Below, piece after piece: positions 1 through 13,530 of a stretch of DNA of 64,000 nucleotides (the stretch's first letter is position 1; the number at the start of each line of letters is the position of its first letter). A model generated the notes under the pieces. It saw only the letters and a list, made by a program, of their open reading frames with translations, was not told the origin of the DNA and searched no databases. Source of the DNA: Octopus bimaculoides (Eukaryota); contig NC_068990.1 of assembly GCF_001194135.2 (NCBI RefSeq), positions 2,376,127-2,440,126 of the forward strand, read 5' to 3'. Made by a program: the position numbers and the translations under genes.

Positions 1-37
<37 letters not shown>

Positions 38-62
38 CATATATATATATGTATATATATGT
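1..62. repeat. (AT)n/(ACAT)n microsatellite
   Basis: Direct reading of sequence. Confidence 0.95.
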
Positions 63-104
63 ATGTATGCATGCATGCATATATGTGTGTATGTACGTAA
101 ATAC

Positions 105-270
105 GACGGGCTTCTTTCAGTTCTCGTCTACCAAATCCACTCACAACCCTTTGGTAGAGCCAGGGTTATTGGAGTCGTCAATTGCCCAAGGTGCTATGCA
201 GTGGGAATGAAACCGGAGCCATCTGGTTGGGAGGAAGCAAACTTCTCACCACACAGTCACGCTTGCGCCT
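105..270 (-). mobile_element. tRNA-derived SINE head and body (octopus OK-like family)
   Basis: Minus strand reads AGGCGCAAGCGTGACTGTGTGGTGAGAAG (A-box-like) ... GGTTTCATTCCC (B-box-like) ... GGCAATTGACGA ... GAGTGGATTTGGTAGACGAGAACTGAAAGAAGCCCGTC; same family recurs at 20.4, 26.1 and 49.2 kb. Confidence 0.8.
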
Positions 271-1334
271 ATATATACATATACACATATCTGTATATGT
301 ATATATAGTTATACATACTCACACACAATCACGTATACATCATACGATTGGTACAGTAACTAAAAGAGATAAAACTAACCGTATAAGTCTTTGTACGTGA
401 CGATTCTGCTTTTTATTTATCTCAAATATCACGTGTTGTGCTTCACCAAAATGAAATGTTTTCTAAATTAGTTACTTATATCTGTTCAAATATCTTTTTT
501 GTGATGCCAATTTGAAATTGATAATTTTTTTTACTTTCAAAAAATGACTAATCAAAACATTCAGTAAAAATTTAGTTTAAACAGTAACATTATACTTTAT
601 TTTTTCTAAAAGTATTTTTTTTTTAATTTTTAATTCATACAAATAAAATATCACATGGAGACGTTTTCGAAATCGCTGATTGCTCTGTAATTTATATTAC
701 TGTAGTTGCATGACAGTTTAATATAAGTTTAGCATATAGTTAAAATTTCCTATAATCGTGAATGTAGACAGTTAAACAAGAAAAAATATAACGCTTGCTT
801 TTAAAATGAACACACAAAATATGGTATAGGCAAATTATATTTGTCTGAGAATACATTGAAAGGTAGATCCACTGAATGTCTAGGCTATTACGTGATGAAG
901 AATAATAGGATAAAGTCAGAGAATTAAAATATTTTGTTTTAAGGATTCAAAGAAATACAGGATAGGTGCATGAAATAAATATTTCTAAAATTGAATTTTG
1001 AGAATGCAAGTAAAGGGTAATAAACTACAGAAACAGTTTGTAAAACTGTCTGTGAATCAAATATTTCAATCTTGAAATTCAAGGTTCTTATTTTACGATA
1101 GATGATCGATCTTTTGTATCTGAAACTACTAATTTCTTATATTGAATCAGAATTCTTAATGTAACTATGAAATAATGTGACGGTTGGGAAAAAACAATAT
1201 TGTTGTCTTTGACTGCTCACTTTTAAGCAAGAATACATCTGCTACATGACTGGGATGGGGATTATTGTTTGTAATACTAAGAGTAAAGAAGTGACATAGG
1301 AATGCACAATAATTTTTTTGAAATACGCTGTATA

Positions 1335-1335
<1 letters not shown>

Positions 1336-1364
<29 letters not shown>
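1336..1364. repeat. (CA)n microsatellite
   Basis: Direct reading. Confidence 0.95.
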
Positions 1365-1371
<7 letters not shown>

Positions 1372-2587
1372 AAAACGAGTGTATGTTTATATTGCTCTGG
1401 AGGAACTGAATGCAAGGTTTAGTGAAAACGGTGCGCTTATACTTTTTCTTGGACAGTGACAATTCGATAGCTGCAGAAATAACAGTAATATGGGAAATCC
1501 CAGAAGTTATAACTTTACAGAAGGTGAACTGTAGATGTTCCGGTATCCGGTATCCATAAGAATTCGCTGCTGGGCTCAATGTGAGTCGTGATGAGAATAG
1601 ACGAGAGCCATTGGTGGGGTTTTGGTTTGATATAGCATTAAACCAGATGTAACTGACATAACCTTAGACTGCCTGCAGGTCTGTGGGTCACTAAAGGTAA
1701 ATGGGTTTTTCCTGGCAGGGAGAGAACAAGATAACCTTTCTTTGAGTGTAAATGTTTCTGATATAGAATGTTCAATAATATATCCATTAGAATATTACCT
1801 ACATAAGGTTAGAAGAGTGATTAACTAAGAAAATGATTTTGAATTCACTGTAATTAGATATAATCTATACTGGCTTTGGAAGTAAGTTCTTTCTATCTTA
1901 CATTTACGTTCCTACGGACTTAACCAACCTCAACGTATCGATTTCTCACGGAAATTATATCTGGCTATAACGCCCGAGTTCGGTGGGCGAAAAATATTCT
2001 GACTCAGTGAAGGACTTCCACGAATACTTAGCTTTTCCAGACGTTCCTTTTAAACTTTAGAGTCACTCTAAAATGAAAATTGATAACGGATTTTATATCA
2101 ATATCATATTTCTCTCAATTATTTCTGCTATCACCTGCACTTAACATATACATAAATTGTACATAGAATATATATAAAATAAGACTCAAAATTCTTAGAA
2201 TTCAATTCGTTTCATATTCTAGTAGTGGCAACATATTGAATAAAGCTGCATGGATACATTTAAGATACATGAAACTTTCATGCATGTGAACCAACAGGAT
2301 GCACATAGATACCGCATCGTAGGATATCTATGGAGCAGAAGCATATGTCTGACAGAGGTTTAAGGAGAATATGCAGTGTAAAAGACTAATAAAAAATGTA
2401 TAAATGTATAATTCTCCAAATTACTCAAATGTCTTATATACACACATTCATATATATATATATATATATATATANNNNNNNNNNNNNNNNNNNNNNNNNN
2501 NNNNNNNNNNNNNNNNNNNNNNNNNNNNNNNNNNNNNNNNNNNNNNNNNNNTGTGTGTGTGTGTGTGTATATATGTATGTATATATA

Positions 2588-3460
2588 TGAGGGCTGATGA
2601 ATAAGTATACAGACTGTTACCATAGTAACGAAGCTAAACCACGCAGAGTAAAGCTGCTTGGTACGAATTGACCTTGAACTCTGCTGTGCATGCGAACTAA
2701 GTTTTAACGTTCTAGTTCACTTCTGCTGTTTACAAGAATGCTTGGAAGGAACGTGTCTAGCGTGTGATTGTCGCATTGAAACTTGACAAGGAAAGTTGAA
2801 TAGAGAATCTGCATTGAATTTTTCCAAAAGCTTGGCGATATCTGCTCAGAGGCCTACGCAAAAATTTCAAAGGGTTTCAATCCTTCTCGATACAACCAAG
2901 GAGACGTTGTGCAACTGAAACCCGAGTATCGTTTTGGTCAGCTAAAAGCAGTTTTGTCACAAACGTGGTAGACAGACACAAGTCTCATACCAAAATCTTC
3001 AGTGATAATTGACTGAACTGAACCGTAACTAATCTGCACGTCCTCTGATAACTCACGGATGGTGATTCGAGGGTTTTCCCTCAAAGTTGCACGCACATCT
3101 GCTATGCTTTTCTCTGCTTTGCTGGTAGCAGTACTCTCCAAATGTTCGTCAATATCAACATATTTTCCGCCATCTTCGAAACGTCTGAACCGCTCAAACA
3201 CTCGTCTCCATACACTTTCTGCAACTTTGCGTATGCCTCTGAGCAGGTATAGCCACAAGAACTTTGTCGTGTCCAATGTGACAATCGCACACTACACACC
3301 GTCCTTCCAGGCAGTGTTGTAAACAACGGAAGTGAGCTAGAACTTAAAAATTTAGCGTGCATGCACAGCAGAATTCAAGGTCAATCGGTGCCTAATCGCT
3401 TTACTCTTCTTTAGCTTCGTTATTATAGCAACAGTCCGAATACTTATTCATCAGACCTCG
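2588..3460 (-). mobile_element. Non-autonomous mariner element with long inverted arms; transposase N-terminal remnant on minus strand
   Basis: TIRs TA|TGAGGGCTGATGAATAAGTAT (2586-2608) and ATACTTATTCATCAGACCTCG|TA (3440-3462), TA target duplication. Minus translation ...SEAYAKLQKVYGDE...RENPRITIRELSEDVQISYGSVQSIITEDFGMRLVS is a mariner HTH region. Confidence 0.88.
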
Positions 3461-3489
3461 TATATAATTATATTCATCATAAAAATATA

Positions 3490-4394
3490 TTAGGAGCATT
3501 CAAAATATTTCCGACTTTATTATTTACTTCTAAAATTCATGTCATGTGGCCCAAATCATTTTGGTGCGAGGTGTCGCTACACTTCCTGCGCATGGAAGAA
3601 AATTTTTGCACCTGTAGGTGATGTCATTTTCCAGCTGCTACACTTGCTATGCAGACGTGTTCGCGCTTGTTAGATTTTCATTTTTATCGAAGGCACCGAG
3701 CAGAGATATTGCATCAAGTTTTACCAAAAACTTGGTGATACCCAAGCTGAAACCATCCAGGACATTCAGCAATCCTTTGGTGATGATGCCATCGGTAAAC
3801 TTTTGGTCAAAGTGTGATGTGACTGCTTTGAAACACTGCTACGATTCAGGGAATAGTCAGGCACGCCCAGGCAGGCCATCCACAAACCGAAGTGAAGAAT
3901 AAACTGAGAAGATTCGGTAAATAGTTATGAAAGACTGTCGTGTGACAATCTAGCAAATTACTCACGAAATGGGATAAGAAGAGGATCAGTGCACTCCATT
4001 TTAAGGGAGGATTTGTGCATGTGGAGAGTGTCGGTGAAATTCGTCCCCAAGGTATTCGTGGAGAGGCAGAAGCCCCTCGGCGTGGAAATCGCTCAGGAAA
4101 TGCAGAACCGTGCAACCACGACCCAGACCTCATAAAGGCCATCATCACTGGTAATGGAACGTGGGTTTCTGGTCTCTGCTCTATGTGTTCGGTCATCTTA
4201 CGTGGAAATGAAAATGCGACGAGCGCGCACTATACAATATGTACACTAGGCATAACGGCCGGAAACTGATGTAACAGCCAGAAAATTTTCACATATGTGC
4301 AGGAAAAGTGGTGTCAGCTCCAATTTACATGATTTTTCCCACGCGGCAGTAGTTTTGGCACAAAAAAAGTTGGATGATATTTGAAAGCGCCTCT
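3490..4394 (+). mobile_element. Degraded, internally deleted mariner transposon
   Basis: Fragments QRYCIKFYQKLGDTQAETIQDIQQSFGDDA, RPGRPST, GSVHSILREDLCMWRVSVKFVPK and DPDLIKAIITGNGTWVSG (cf. mariner ITGDETW). Imperfect TIRs TAGGAGCATTCAAAATATTTCCGACTTT / AAAGTTGGATGATATTTGAAAGCGCCTCT. Confidence 0.85.
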
Positions 4395-4427
4395 TACGGA
4401 TATATATACACGCACATGCACACATAT

Positions 4428-4532
4428 GTATGTATGTATGCATGTATGTATGTATGTATGTATGTGTGTGTGTATGTATGTATGTGTGTATGTATGTTTG
4501 TTCGTGCGTGTGTGCNNNNNNNNNNGTGTGCG

Positions 4533-4582
<50 letters not shown>

Positions 4583-4590
4583 TGTGTGCG
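4428..4590. repeat. (GTAT)n-(GT)n compound microsatellite with small gap
   Basis: Direct reading. Confidence 0.9.
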
Positions 4591-4780
4591 TCGGTGTTGA
4601 TATACTGCGTTGTGCAAAACTACAATTCAGTATATAGATCACTTTGGTACTTAACACAGAAAAGAAATGTGGCGCTGAACTACCCTGTTTACAATATATA
4701 CATATGTTTGTCTTTTTCTGTGTCGTTCACATAGTGAATATGTCATAGAGGCCAACTGAAGCAATTAAAATTTGAAATAA

Positions 4781-4999
4781 TAATAACCCTTTCTACTATG
4801 GGCGCAAGGCTTAAAATTTGGGGGAGGGAGACTAGTCAATTACATCGATCCCAGTGCTTCACTATTGCTTAATTTATCGACCACAAAAGATGAACGGCAA
4901 AGTTGACCCGGCGGAATTTGCACTCAAAACGTAGCGGCAGACGAAACACCGCTAAGAATTTCGCTCGGCGTGCTAACGATTCTGCCAGGTCGCCGCCTT
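4781..4999 (-). mobile_element. tRNA-derived SINE (second octopus-type family)
   Basis: Minus strand AAGGCGGCGACCTGGCAGAATCGTTAGCAC...GAGTGCAAATTCCGCCGGGTCAACTTTGCCGTTCATC...GATGTAATTGACT...tail TTATTA; paralogous copies at 20.8, 24.2, 35.9 and 49.5 kb. Confidence 0.8.
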
Positions 5000-6338
5000 C
5001 AAGTAATCATTATTATATGATATTGAAAAAATTCGCAGTCCGTAATGTGAAATGTACTGTGAAGGGAGAAAATCTTTAATGCTACTTTTACCTGATCATG
5101 CCCTATATCTTGTGAATTGTTCTCTCAAATCGTAAACTTTCAACAAAATGGCTTCTTTCATACAGCAATATTTTATGGCAATTAGACAAAAGCAATAAAG
5201 CAACGATATATCACAGAACGATATCTAGACTCGTTACACGCAGTTGAGATTTTCGATAATGATACCAAACAATATTTTATAATCAAAATTATTACATCAT
5301 GATGTCGGTGTAGCAAACTGGAACAAACATTAGAGAGTCGGATACAATGCAATTCATCATACCTTCCGGTTCTTTACGATTTGAGTTCAAATTATATCGA
5401 AGTAAGATTTGCTTTCATTATTTTTGCATCGATTAAATAAATATTAGACAAGTGTTGCGGTATGTGTAAAGGATTATGGTCCACTTCTCAAAATCGTTGT
5501 CCTTATGCAAAAATGAGAAATTATCACTAAGAAGTCATTCAACAATATTGTGCGAAACAAATTTGGAAAATTAAATATAAATGGAGTATTTATTGAAAAA
5601 AATACGTGTGAAAAGTATTCATCTGGCTTCAATATCTGAGAATGATTGGGAATTCTTTCCGTAACAAGTACGAACAAGAGCAAGTATCAAAACCTCTACT
5701 GCTTAGCATTGAAAGTATTTTTATAGGAATTCTTGAGAAACTCTAAAAGATAAAAAAAAAACTAACAATATTCAGCATATTTATTTTTGTATACACATAT
5801 TTTACAAGTGATGATATTGATGATTACTATAATAGTTATGTGGAGAATGATGATTTTAGTAAAAATGATGTTTTTGGTTGTGATATGAGAGGTTTGGCTT
5901 GAATAACAACGGAAGTAAGACATGGCTGATGAAACTTAACGCTCCTCGAACAAAGGAAATCCAATAACTTTATTGAATCAAAGAGAAAAATGAACAAACC
6001 AAATAGATAGTTATGCTGTTCAGTATCCCAGCAAGTAAAAGTGCAGTGTTACGTGTCCTGAACGTATACAAAATACACTCTTTATAATAATAAACGTGAA
6101 ACGGTAACAAATAAAATTATGCAACCGCAACAAATAAGAAAAGAAACAAAGGATGTACATAATAAAACAAATTGAATCAACTGAAAATAAACTGAATGCT
6201 ACATAAAACCCAAACTACAGCCAACAATACATACATTGGTTAAAAAAAGAATACAAAATGACCCAGGTCTTTTTCTTACGAGAAGGTGAGAAAAGTTGCA
6301 CTGAGATTTTAATCTTACTGCAGCGTACATGTGTGCGC

Positions 6339-6369
<31 letters not shown>

Positions 6370-6504
6370 TGTGTGTGTACGTACACACACACATACAGAC
6401 ACAAACATGTATATATACAGAAAGTTTAAAACTGCTGTATATTCGATAATATTTATCTCTCAGTATGTGGAATACGTCTTTCTTGCGCCCACCCGAGAGT
6501 AGAC

Positions 6505-6505
<1 letters not shown>

Positions 6506-6547
<42 letters not shown>

Positions 6548-6640
6548 ATCTATATATATATCTATCTATCTATCTATCTATCTGTATACATATATACATA
6601 TATACATACACTCACACATACACACACATACACACACAAA
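6506..6640. repeat. (CTAT)n-(AT)n-(CA)n compound microsatellite
   Basis: Direct reading. Confidence 0.9.
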
Positions 6641-7388
6641 TATATACATACGCGTTCTCAAAGTACTGTCCTCTCAAATAGTAAACAGCCTTCGTAATTG
6701 CTTTCTTTGAGCTGTGCTACTTTCGGAATTTGAAGGTTGGTGCCGTGCCCATTGTCTTTATAGTATCGCGTAGAATAATGACAACAGCACAGCCAATTAC
6801 ACGTCTTCGCGATCATTACAGTAGTAATAGAAAGATTAGGTAGAGTAGGAGATGTACTTGTGAGCTAGAAGAGAGAAAATAGCTTAAATATAGAACTGTA
6901 TAGAAAATATCTGTAAGAGATATTTTGCCCATCAGTTTCACCTTTACTCAGTTTTGTCTAGTGTTTCACTGTTGGTAACGGAAGCACCTACCAAAACCTG
7001 AAAGCATTATTCCTGAATACGAAGATAATACAGTACTGGATTCGAAACATCAAGCTATATTTCTAAATTAGTATTATCTGCTGACCCACTTTTCATGCAT
7101 CAGTAACTTGGAGGATAAAAAACATTAATAAGTTCGTTTCCGGTTAACTTATTTTAATCAATACATATATGAAGCTAAAACACCAGCATTGGATGATTTA
7201 CCAGAGATAGAAGAATTGAAACACCAGCGATTAATCCACAAAACATCATGTACACGACAGACATAGTTTTGAAGTAACGACCAGGTTGTCATTACCAAGA
7301 ATAACAAAACATTCATATATTCCAAGAAACTTAGTATTGCTGTGCATATAAATATTTTACTAGAAATTAAGAGCAGATATTAGATGTA

Positions 7389-7605
7389 CGACTATGTGCT
7401 GAAAGACTCCTGGTTTGAAGGACGTCGCGAAAGGCCTGGCTGGAGGCCTAACGTTTCCAAATCATACACCGCGTTTAGAAAAACTGAAGGACCACTGCAA
7501 TATGTGTGTGAATCTGAGGAGGGAATATATTGAATACAATTATAACGAACCGATCCTCCTGTATTTTGTTTCACTCAAAACCATGAACTTTTTAGCATCC
7601 CCTCG
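7389..7605. mobile_element. Mariner-derived MITE (~217 bp)
   Basis: TA|CGACTATGTGCTGAAAGACTCCTGGTTT at left and AAAACCATGAACTTTTTAGCATCCCCTCG|TA at right are degenerate TACGAGGGG-type TIRs with TA duplication. Confidence 0.75.
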
Positions 7606-8536
7606 TATATGGGTGTGAACATCAAGTAATGCGCATTCCTGCCAAAAAAGAAAAAAAGGAAAAATGTCGACCGAGAAACGCGTGAAGGTAGTTATATTAG
7701 CGCAATATGTAAACTTCTAATTAAAGATGTGCAAAATGGCAGGAAAACTAGTATACGTCACTGTTATTTTTGTTCAGGTACATTTGTGTCTTATATTAAG
7801 AAAAGTGTACATGTCAATGAATGACTGAAAAATTATAGATCAGAAGGGAAATCTATGATTTCTAACAATCTTTGTTTTCAGCAAATAGCTTATCTGAGGC
7901 AACTGTAATTTTTCTAGAGGTAGCATTAATCGGGAAAAAGTCAACCAGCTTTCAATGTACTAACTTTTGCCTATGAAAATTATCAAAATTTAGCTGTGAA
8001 GTAAAATCTATAGCAATAAATAGCTTTAATACGTACAGTAAATATTCCAAACTAGATACATTTAACACTAACACAAATCACACAAAATATATTCTGAACA
8101 ATCATTTTTTAATCATACAAAAGCTTTTATATAAATAAGAACAAAACAGCATTAGAATCAACCTCAATGAAAAAAAAATCCGCATCACAGCAAATTGGAT
8201 AAAACGAAAACACGCAATCTTTGCTCAAATTCATAAAGCTGTACGCACAACAGGAAGATAGATTATAGACGCAGATGTACAATTTAAATTAAACTACTAC
8301 TACNNNNNNNNNNNNNNNNNNNNNNNNNNNNNNNNNNNNNNNNNNNNNNNNNNNNNNNNNNNNNNNNNNNNNNNNNNNNNNNNNNNNNNNNNNNNNNNNN
8401 NNNNNNNNNNNNNNNNNNNNNNNNNNNNNNNNNNNNNNNNNNNNNNNNNNNNNNNNNNNNNNNNNNNNNNNNNNNNNNNNNNNNNNNNNNATATGTATAC
8501 ATATATGTATGTATGGATATATATACATATATATGT

Positions 8537-8571
<35 letters not shown>

Positions 8572-9134
8572 TATATTTAGATTGATTGATAGATGGATAG
8601 ATAGATGATAGATAGATATATGCGCAAATATATACTCACATTGCTTATATGTATGTGGAAAAAATATATAATTTTATATATTGAAATATATAACTTCACG
8701 TATTTGTGTTTTTGATGTTTTTCTTTTTTTAAGTGCTTACAGAAATTTAAAATCTGAAATAAAATAATTCATTTATCGAAATCGAACTGATTCTGATAGA
8801 TGGAACTATGCATACTACAGAAAACGACATCAAAATTACAAATACAATGACTACAAAAACATCGCCAAATTATCAAGCTGAACATAATAAAAATAATAAG
8901 TATTGCAATAAGAGTTGTAATAAAAATTAATAAAAATAACCAGAAATTGAATTTGCCATGGTCTGCTGGTACATCAGTAGTAATTTCCTTAGTACAACGA
9001 CTGGCTAAACTTTCTTACTATATTTTGATATACATGCGTGTAAACATACATACATACATACGTACGAACATACAAGCATAATTATATATGCGTATATCAT
9101 ATAAGTATTGTGTATACACATATACGCACATACA

Positions 9135-9138
<4 letters not shown>

Positions 9139-9184
<46 letters not shown>
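9139..9184. repeat. (AC)n microsatellite
   Basis: Direct reading. Confidence 0.95.
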
Positions 9185-9192
<8 letters not shown>

Positions 9193-9940
9193 CACACATA
9201 TCTATATGGATTCACTCACTAATAAGTATTCACCCGCGCACATATTTAGACATACTTAGACATGTACATAAGGATATGTATGCAACTCTCTCTCACTCTA
9301 TTTATATATTTGTAGGATTGGAGGAGTGCGCGTGCGCGCTTCTATATGTGTGCATGCATGTTTACATACATACATATACATAACTGATATAGGTGTATAT
9401 ATATTTATATATATATATATNNNNNNNNNNNNNNNNNNNNNNNNNNNNNNNNNNNNNNNNNNNNNNNNNNNNNNNNNNNNNNNNNNNNNNNNNNNNNNNN
9501 NNNNNNNNNNNNNNNNNNNNNNNNNNNNNNNNNNNNNNNNNNNNNNNNNNNNNNNNNNNNNNNNNNNNNNNNNNNNNNNNNNNNNNNNNNNNNNNNNNNN
9601 NNNNNNNNNNNNNNNNNNNNNNNNNNNNNNNNNNNNNNNNNNNNNNNNNNNNNNNNNNNNNNNNNNNNNNNNNNNNNNNNNNNNNNNNNNNNNNNNNNNN
9701 NNNNNNNNNNNNNNNNNNNNNNNNNNNNNNNNNNNNNNNNNNNNNNNNNNNNNNNNNNNNNNNNNNNNNNNNNNNNNNNNNNNNNNNNNNNNNNNNNNNN
9801 NNNNNNNNNNNNNNNNNNNNNNNNNNNNNNNNNNNNNNNNNNNNNNNNNNNNNNNNNNNNNNNNNNNNNNNNNNNNNNNNNNNNNNNNNNNNNNNNNNNN
9901 NNNNNNNNNNNNNNNNNNNNNNNNNNNNNNNNNNNNNNNN

Positions 9941-9980
<40 letters not shown>

Positions 9981-11146
9981 GGTTTAGATATAGATTCAAG
10001 GTTGAATATGGTACTTATGCGTAGGCACTAGAATATCGTATCCCAAAAGGATAGGTGATCAAAATCCCAAAATAAGCAACACGGATTTCAAAGGTGATTG
10101 CAATACGCACGTTTCATGCTACTCCAATTTATTTAAGTAATGCGAGCATTACATTAAATGCAATATGAAGAGCAATATATATATACATGTAAATATATAT
10201 ATAAAGCACTTTTAATCAAGCAAAACAGTGAAATCAAATTGAACACTTTGGCTCTGTATTGTAAAACAGTGAGAGGATGGGGATGAAATCCGGTCATAAC
10301 ATAAATATTCAGGATATCATGTTTTGATTTGCAGATTACAATTTTTGAGGATTATGTATTTTTATACAATAATAAAATAATGAGCAAAATTGCTTAGACG
10401 CCTATTTAATTTTTCCCGTAGGTGTATATGTATATATGTAGGTATATATATATATATATGGGGTATATATTAATGTAGGAATGTATGCAAAATGTTTCAA
10501 CATTAATTGAATACATCGCAAATTTCAGATTAGTTCGAAAAGATTGTAAATTAGTTGTCATGATCTGTTTGATAGAATGGCATATTGTCTTCTTTAAGGT
10601 TTTATGCGATAGGGGTAAAGGTATCGTGAATAGAAATTGTGCAGAAATCGATCATTTAAATGTTAACGCTTATCGTGTCTCTTTGTAATTTGTAAACGAC
10701 CCCCATTTTCCACATCGTTACATACGATCCTGTCCAATGCATGTTATCTCTTTTATGATCCATGTTCATTATCTAGAAAACTTATTTCTAATGAATTAAT
10801 CTGATTTTTATTTACGTTATTTTTTTAGATAATTAAATATTTCATGATTCTGAAAGATTCCTATCGATGTATTTCCTGCATCTTTCACATCAGCTATTTC
10901 CTATAATTGCTATAATTCTCATAAATCTCATTTTAATTACAACATTCTAAAATCATGTAATTGTACGTTTCTCGTGTGTTTATGTTTAGTATGGAAACGC
11001 TTCCACTGTAATCATCGGAATATAGACTGGAAATGAGAACGAGGGAAGACATTTGAAATAATTAGAGGCTTAGAGCGATATAACAAATCGGACAAATTTA
11101 TATCTTCATCGTATCAGTCATTCATTCATTCTTTATATATATATAA

Positions 11147-11151
<5 letters not shown>

Positions 11152-11196
<45 letters not shown>
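11152..11196. repeat. (AG)n microsatellite
   Basis: Direct reading. Confidence 0.95.
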
Positions 11197-11201
<5 letters not shown>

Positions 11202-11649
11202 TATTCACAGATTGTATATCTGCATATATGCACAAAAGCTAATTTCCCTTGCTGAGAGGCCGGATTATGGTAATATCTCCGTGTGTCATTGTTTAGTGGC
11301 TACATACCCAAGTCATTTTGCAAATTCCATCTACAAATTATGAATATAATGATTATTACCTAATTCTGCGTTTCTTGCAACAGCTGTCGTGTTAGCAAAT
11401 TAAATAGTTTTCTTCTTAATCTCCATTTGTTATGCTCTATGTAAAACCATTTGTGTATATATGTGTGTGTGTTTTTGTGTGTCTGTGCATGTGTGTGTGC
11501 GTATGTATGTGCTCATCCTTCTAAATAAACGTGGGTATATGCGTCTTGGTTATCTATCTATCTATCTATTTATCTATCTATCGATATATCGACTGCTATT
11601 TCCAGTAAACATTGGTGCCTTGTTGTACCACTATTATATATATATGTGT

Positions 11650-13172
11650 ACTGAACCACAAAAGAGAAGTCGCACACATACTAAATAGAAACTGTCTTTT
11701 AACTGCCTGCCAGAGCGTTGAGTGAAGAGTGCAAATTAAGAAACCGTTCTTTCCTAATGATAAAATCTCATTTCCTGAAACATATTTGACGTCACATGGT
11801 GTCACGTGATGACGGAGTGTCCTGAATCCAAAGAGATGAATTCAATATCTCTTGTAACCACAGTTAGCATTGAATACCGCCAGGTATCTTCTGTACATTG
11901 AACGCACAAAACTATTGATGAAGGCCATGGGGATAACAGCCCACACTCAATTAAAACTTCCAGTGAGTTGTGCCGCAGTTGTCAGCCTTGTACGGATGTC
12001 ATTTAGCATTCTTTGGATTTCGTCCCACACTTGTTCTATGGGGCTCGATTCAGGACTTGGAGCAGGACATAGTAACGTCTGAATTTTGTGCTGTTTGAAG
12101 TCAGTTGTCAACGTGTCAGTATGGGCACAGGCGTTATCATGTTGGAACACGTGATTCCGATGACGGGTGAATTATTGCAAAATGTGAGGCCTCAAAACTT
12201 GGTCGATGTAACGAGTAGCGGTTATTCAATTGCCCCGGCTTTGGCCGATGTTTTGGAAGACCACTGGTCCAAGTTTCTGGTTCAATGTAATACCGCCTCA
12301 TACCATGATGCGCTGTCCTGTCCATGTGTCTCTCTCCACCACACAGTCATCGGCATGACGTTCACCCCTTCTTCTCCAAACCCTAGCTCTGCCATCTATC
12401 ACTGAAATGCAATATCGGCTTTCGTCAGAGAAGACTACAGTGCTCCACTGCATATAATGCCAGTTTTGGTGCTTCTGAGCCCACTGCAGATGTTCTCGCC
12501 GATGACAGTCTGTGAGAATGGGGGCTCTGAGCCAGATGTCGACAAAACAGGTTAAAGGATCTCAGCTGGCGGGGAACTGTCTCTGCGCAAATAGATCTAT
12601 TGTGACTCCCTATGGCCTGCCTAGCTGATTCCGTTGCCCTCCGGAATCGGTCCTGCAAGTGCAGTCGGTGCATGTGGTAACCATGACGTTCTGTTGCAAC
12701 ACTCGGTGAGCCACGGATGATCGTCCACGATCGTCCGTGATCTTTGTAGCAAAGTGTCGTTCCCCCAGACATGCAATTGTCCAGATACTGCAGTTCAAGT
12801 CATTAGCAATGACCCATGGACGTTGACCAGCATGGAGACGTCCGGTGGCTTTGATTTCGTGTGAGTCTTGGCATGCTTGCTATGTTCGAGAAACGAATGA
12901 CAGGCTGGTAACTTAGGGTGCCTTTTATACCCAATGAGTCAACGTTTGGCCCTGCAACATGCTTTTGATAAAGATACGTTCGCAAGGACTACCATGTTCA
13001 CGAAAATTGAGCGAGCTCAAACTATACATGCAATCCTTGTGTTTTCAAAAGAGAGTGGTGTTGTCGGTCGGTGATATCCATCTGATGGCAAACTACCTTG
13101 ACATGTGATCAAACTCATATAATCACAACATCGTGTGTGAAACAATGCATCGAATAAACTTTTATACAGTGT
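11650..13172 (-). mobile_element. Degraded Tc1-family DNA transposon (DDE transposase pseudogene)
   Basis: Minus strand: start MPRLTRNQ (~12870), WSTVVFSDES (12419-12448, first D), FQHDNACAH...PAPSPESSPIEQVWDEI (second D and E; 33 residues apart here versus 34 canonical). Frameshifted; ends are approximate because the TIRs are poorly conserved. Confidence 0.85.
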
Positions 13173-13530
13173 GACGTTTATNNNNNNNNNNNNNNNNNNN
13201 NNNNNNNNNNNNNNNNNNNNNNNNNNNNNNNNNNNNNNNNNNNNNNNNNNNNNNNNNNNNNNNNNNNNNNNNNNNNNNNNNNNNNNNNNNNNNNNNNNNN
13301 NNNNNNNNNATGTATGTGTATATATATATATATATATATATAAAGCAAATAAGTAACAAGGATATCAAGGTATTAGTGCATTACTGCCGTTTCAAGCAGC
13401 TCCATTTAATCGATCAAAGCAAGCATTACATCACTTTGAAATGCACGGCCGTCCTCGAATGCATAAGGTCATATATGTTTTCAACATGCAAGATACTTCT
13501 TTATAATTTGTTTTAGCAAATTTTTCATCA

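Noticed and set aside
7384-7640. Apparent hammerhead (GAAAGGCCT...AGGCCTA), short ORF MYDYVLKDSW..., and a minus-strand polypyrimidine acceptor
   Set aside because: The region is explained by a TA-flanked mariner MITE; the CUGA box and stem I do not fit a hammerhead.
9298-10031. Long ORFs of 200-420 aa here and at 49187-50452, 59558-60169 and 60469-61569
   Set aside because: They consist mostly of X from assembly gaps.
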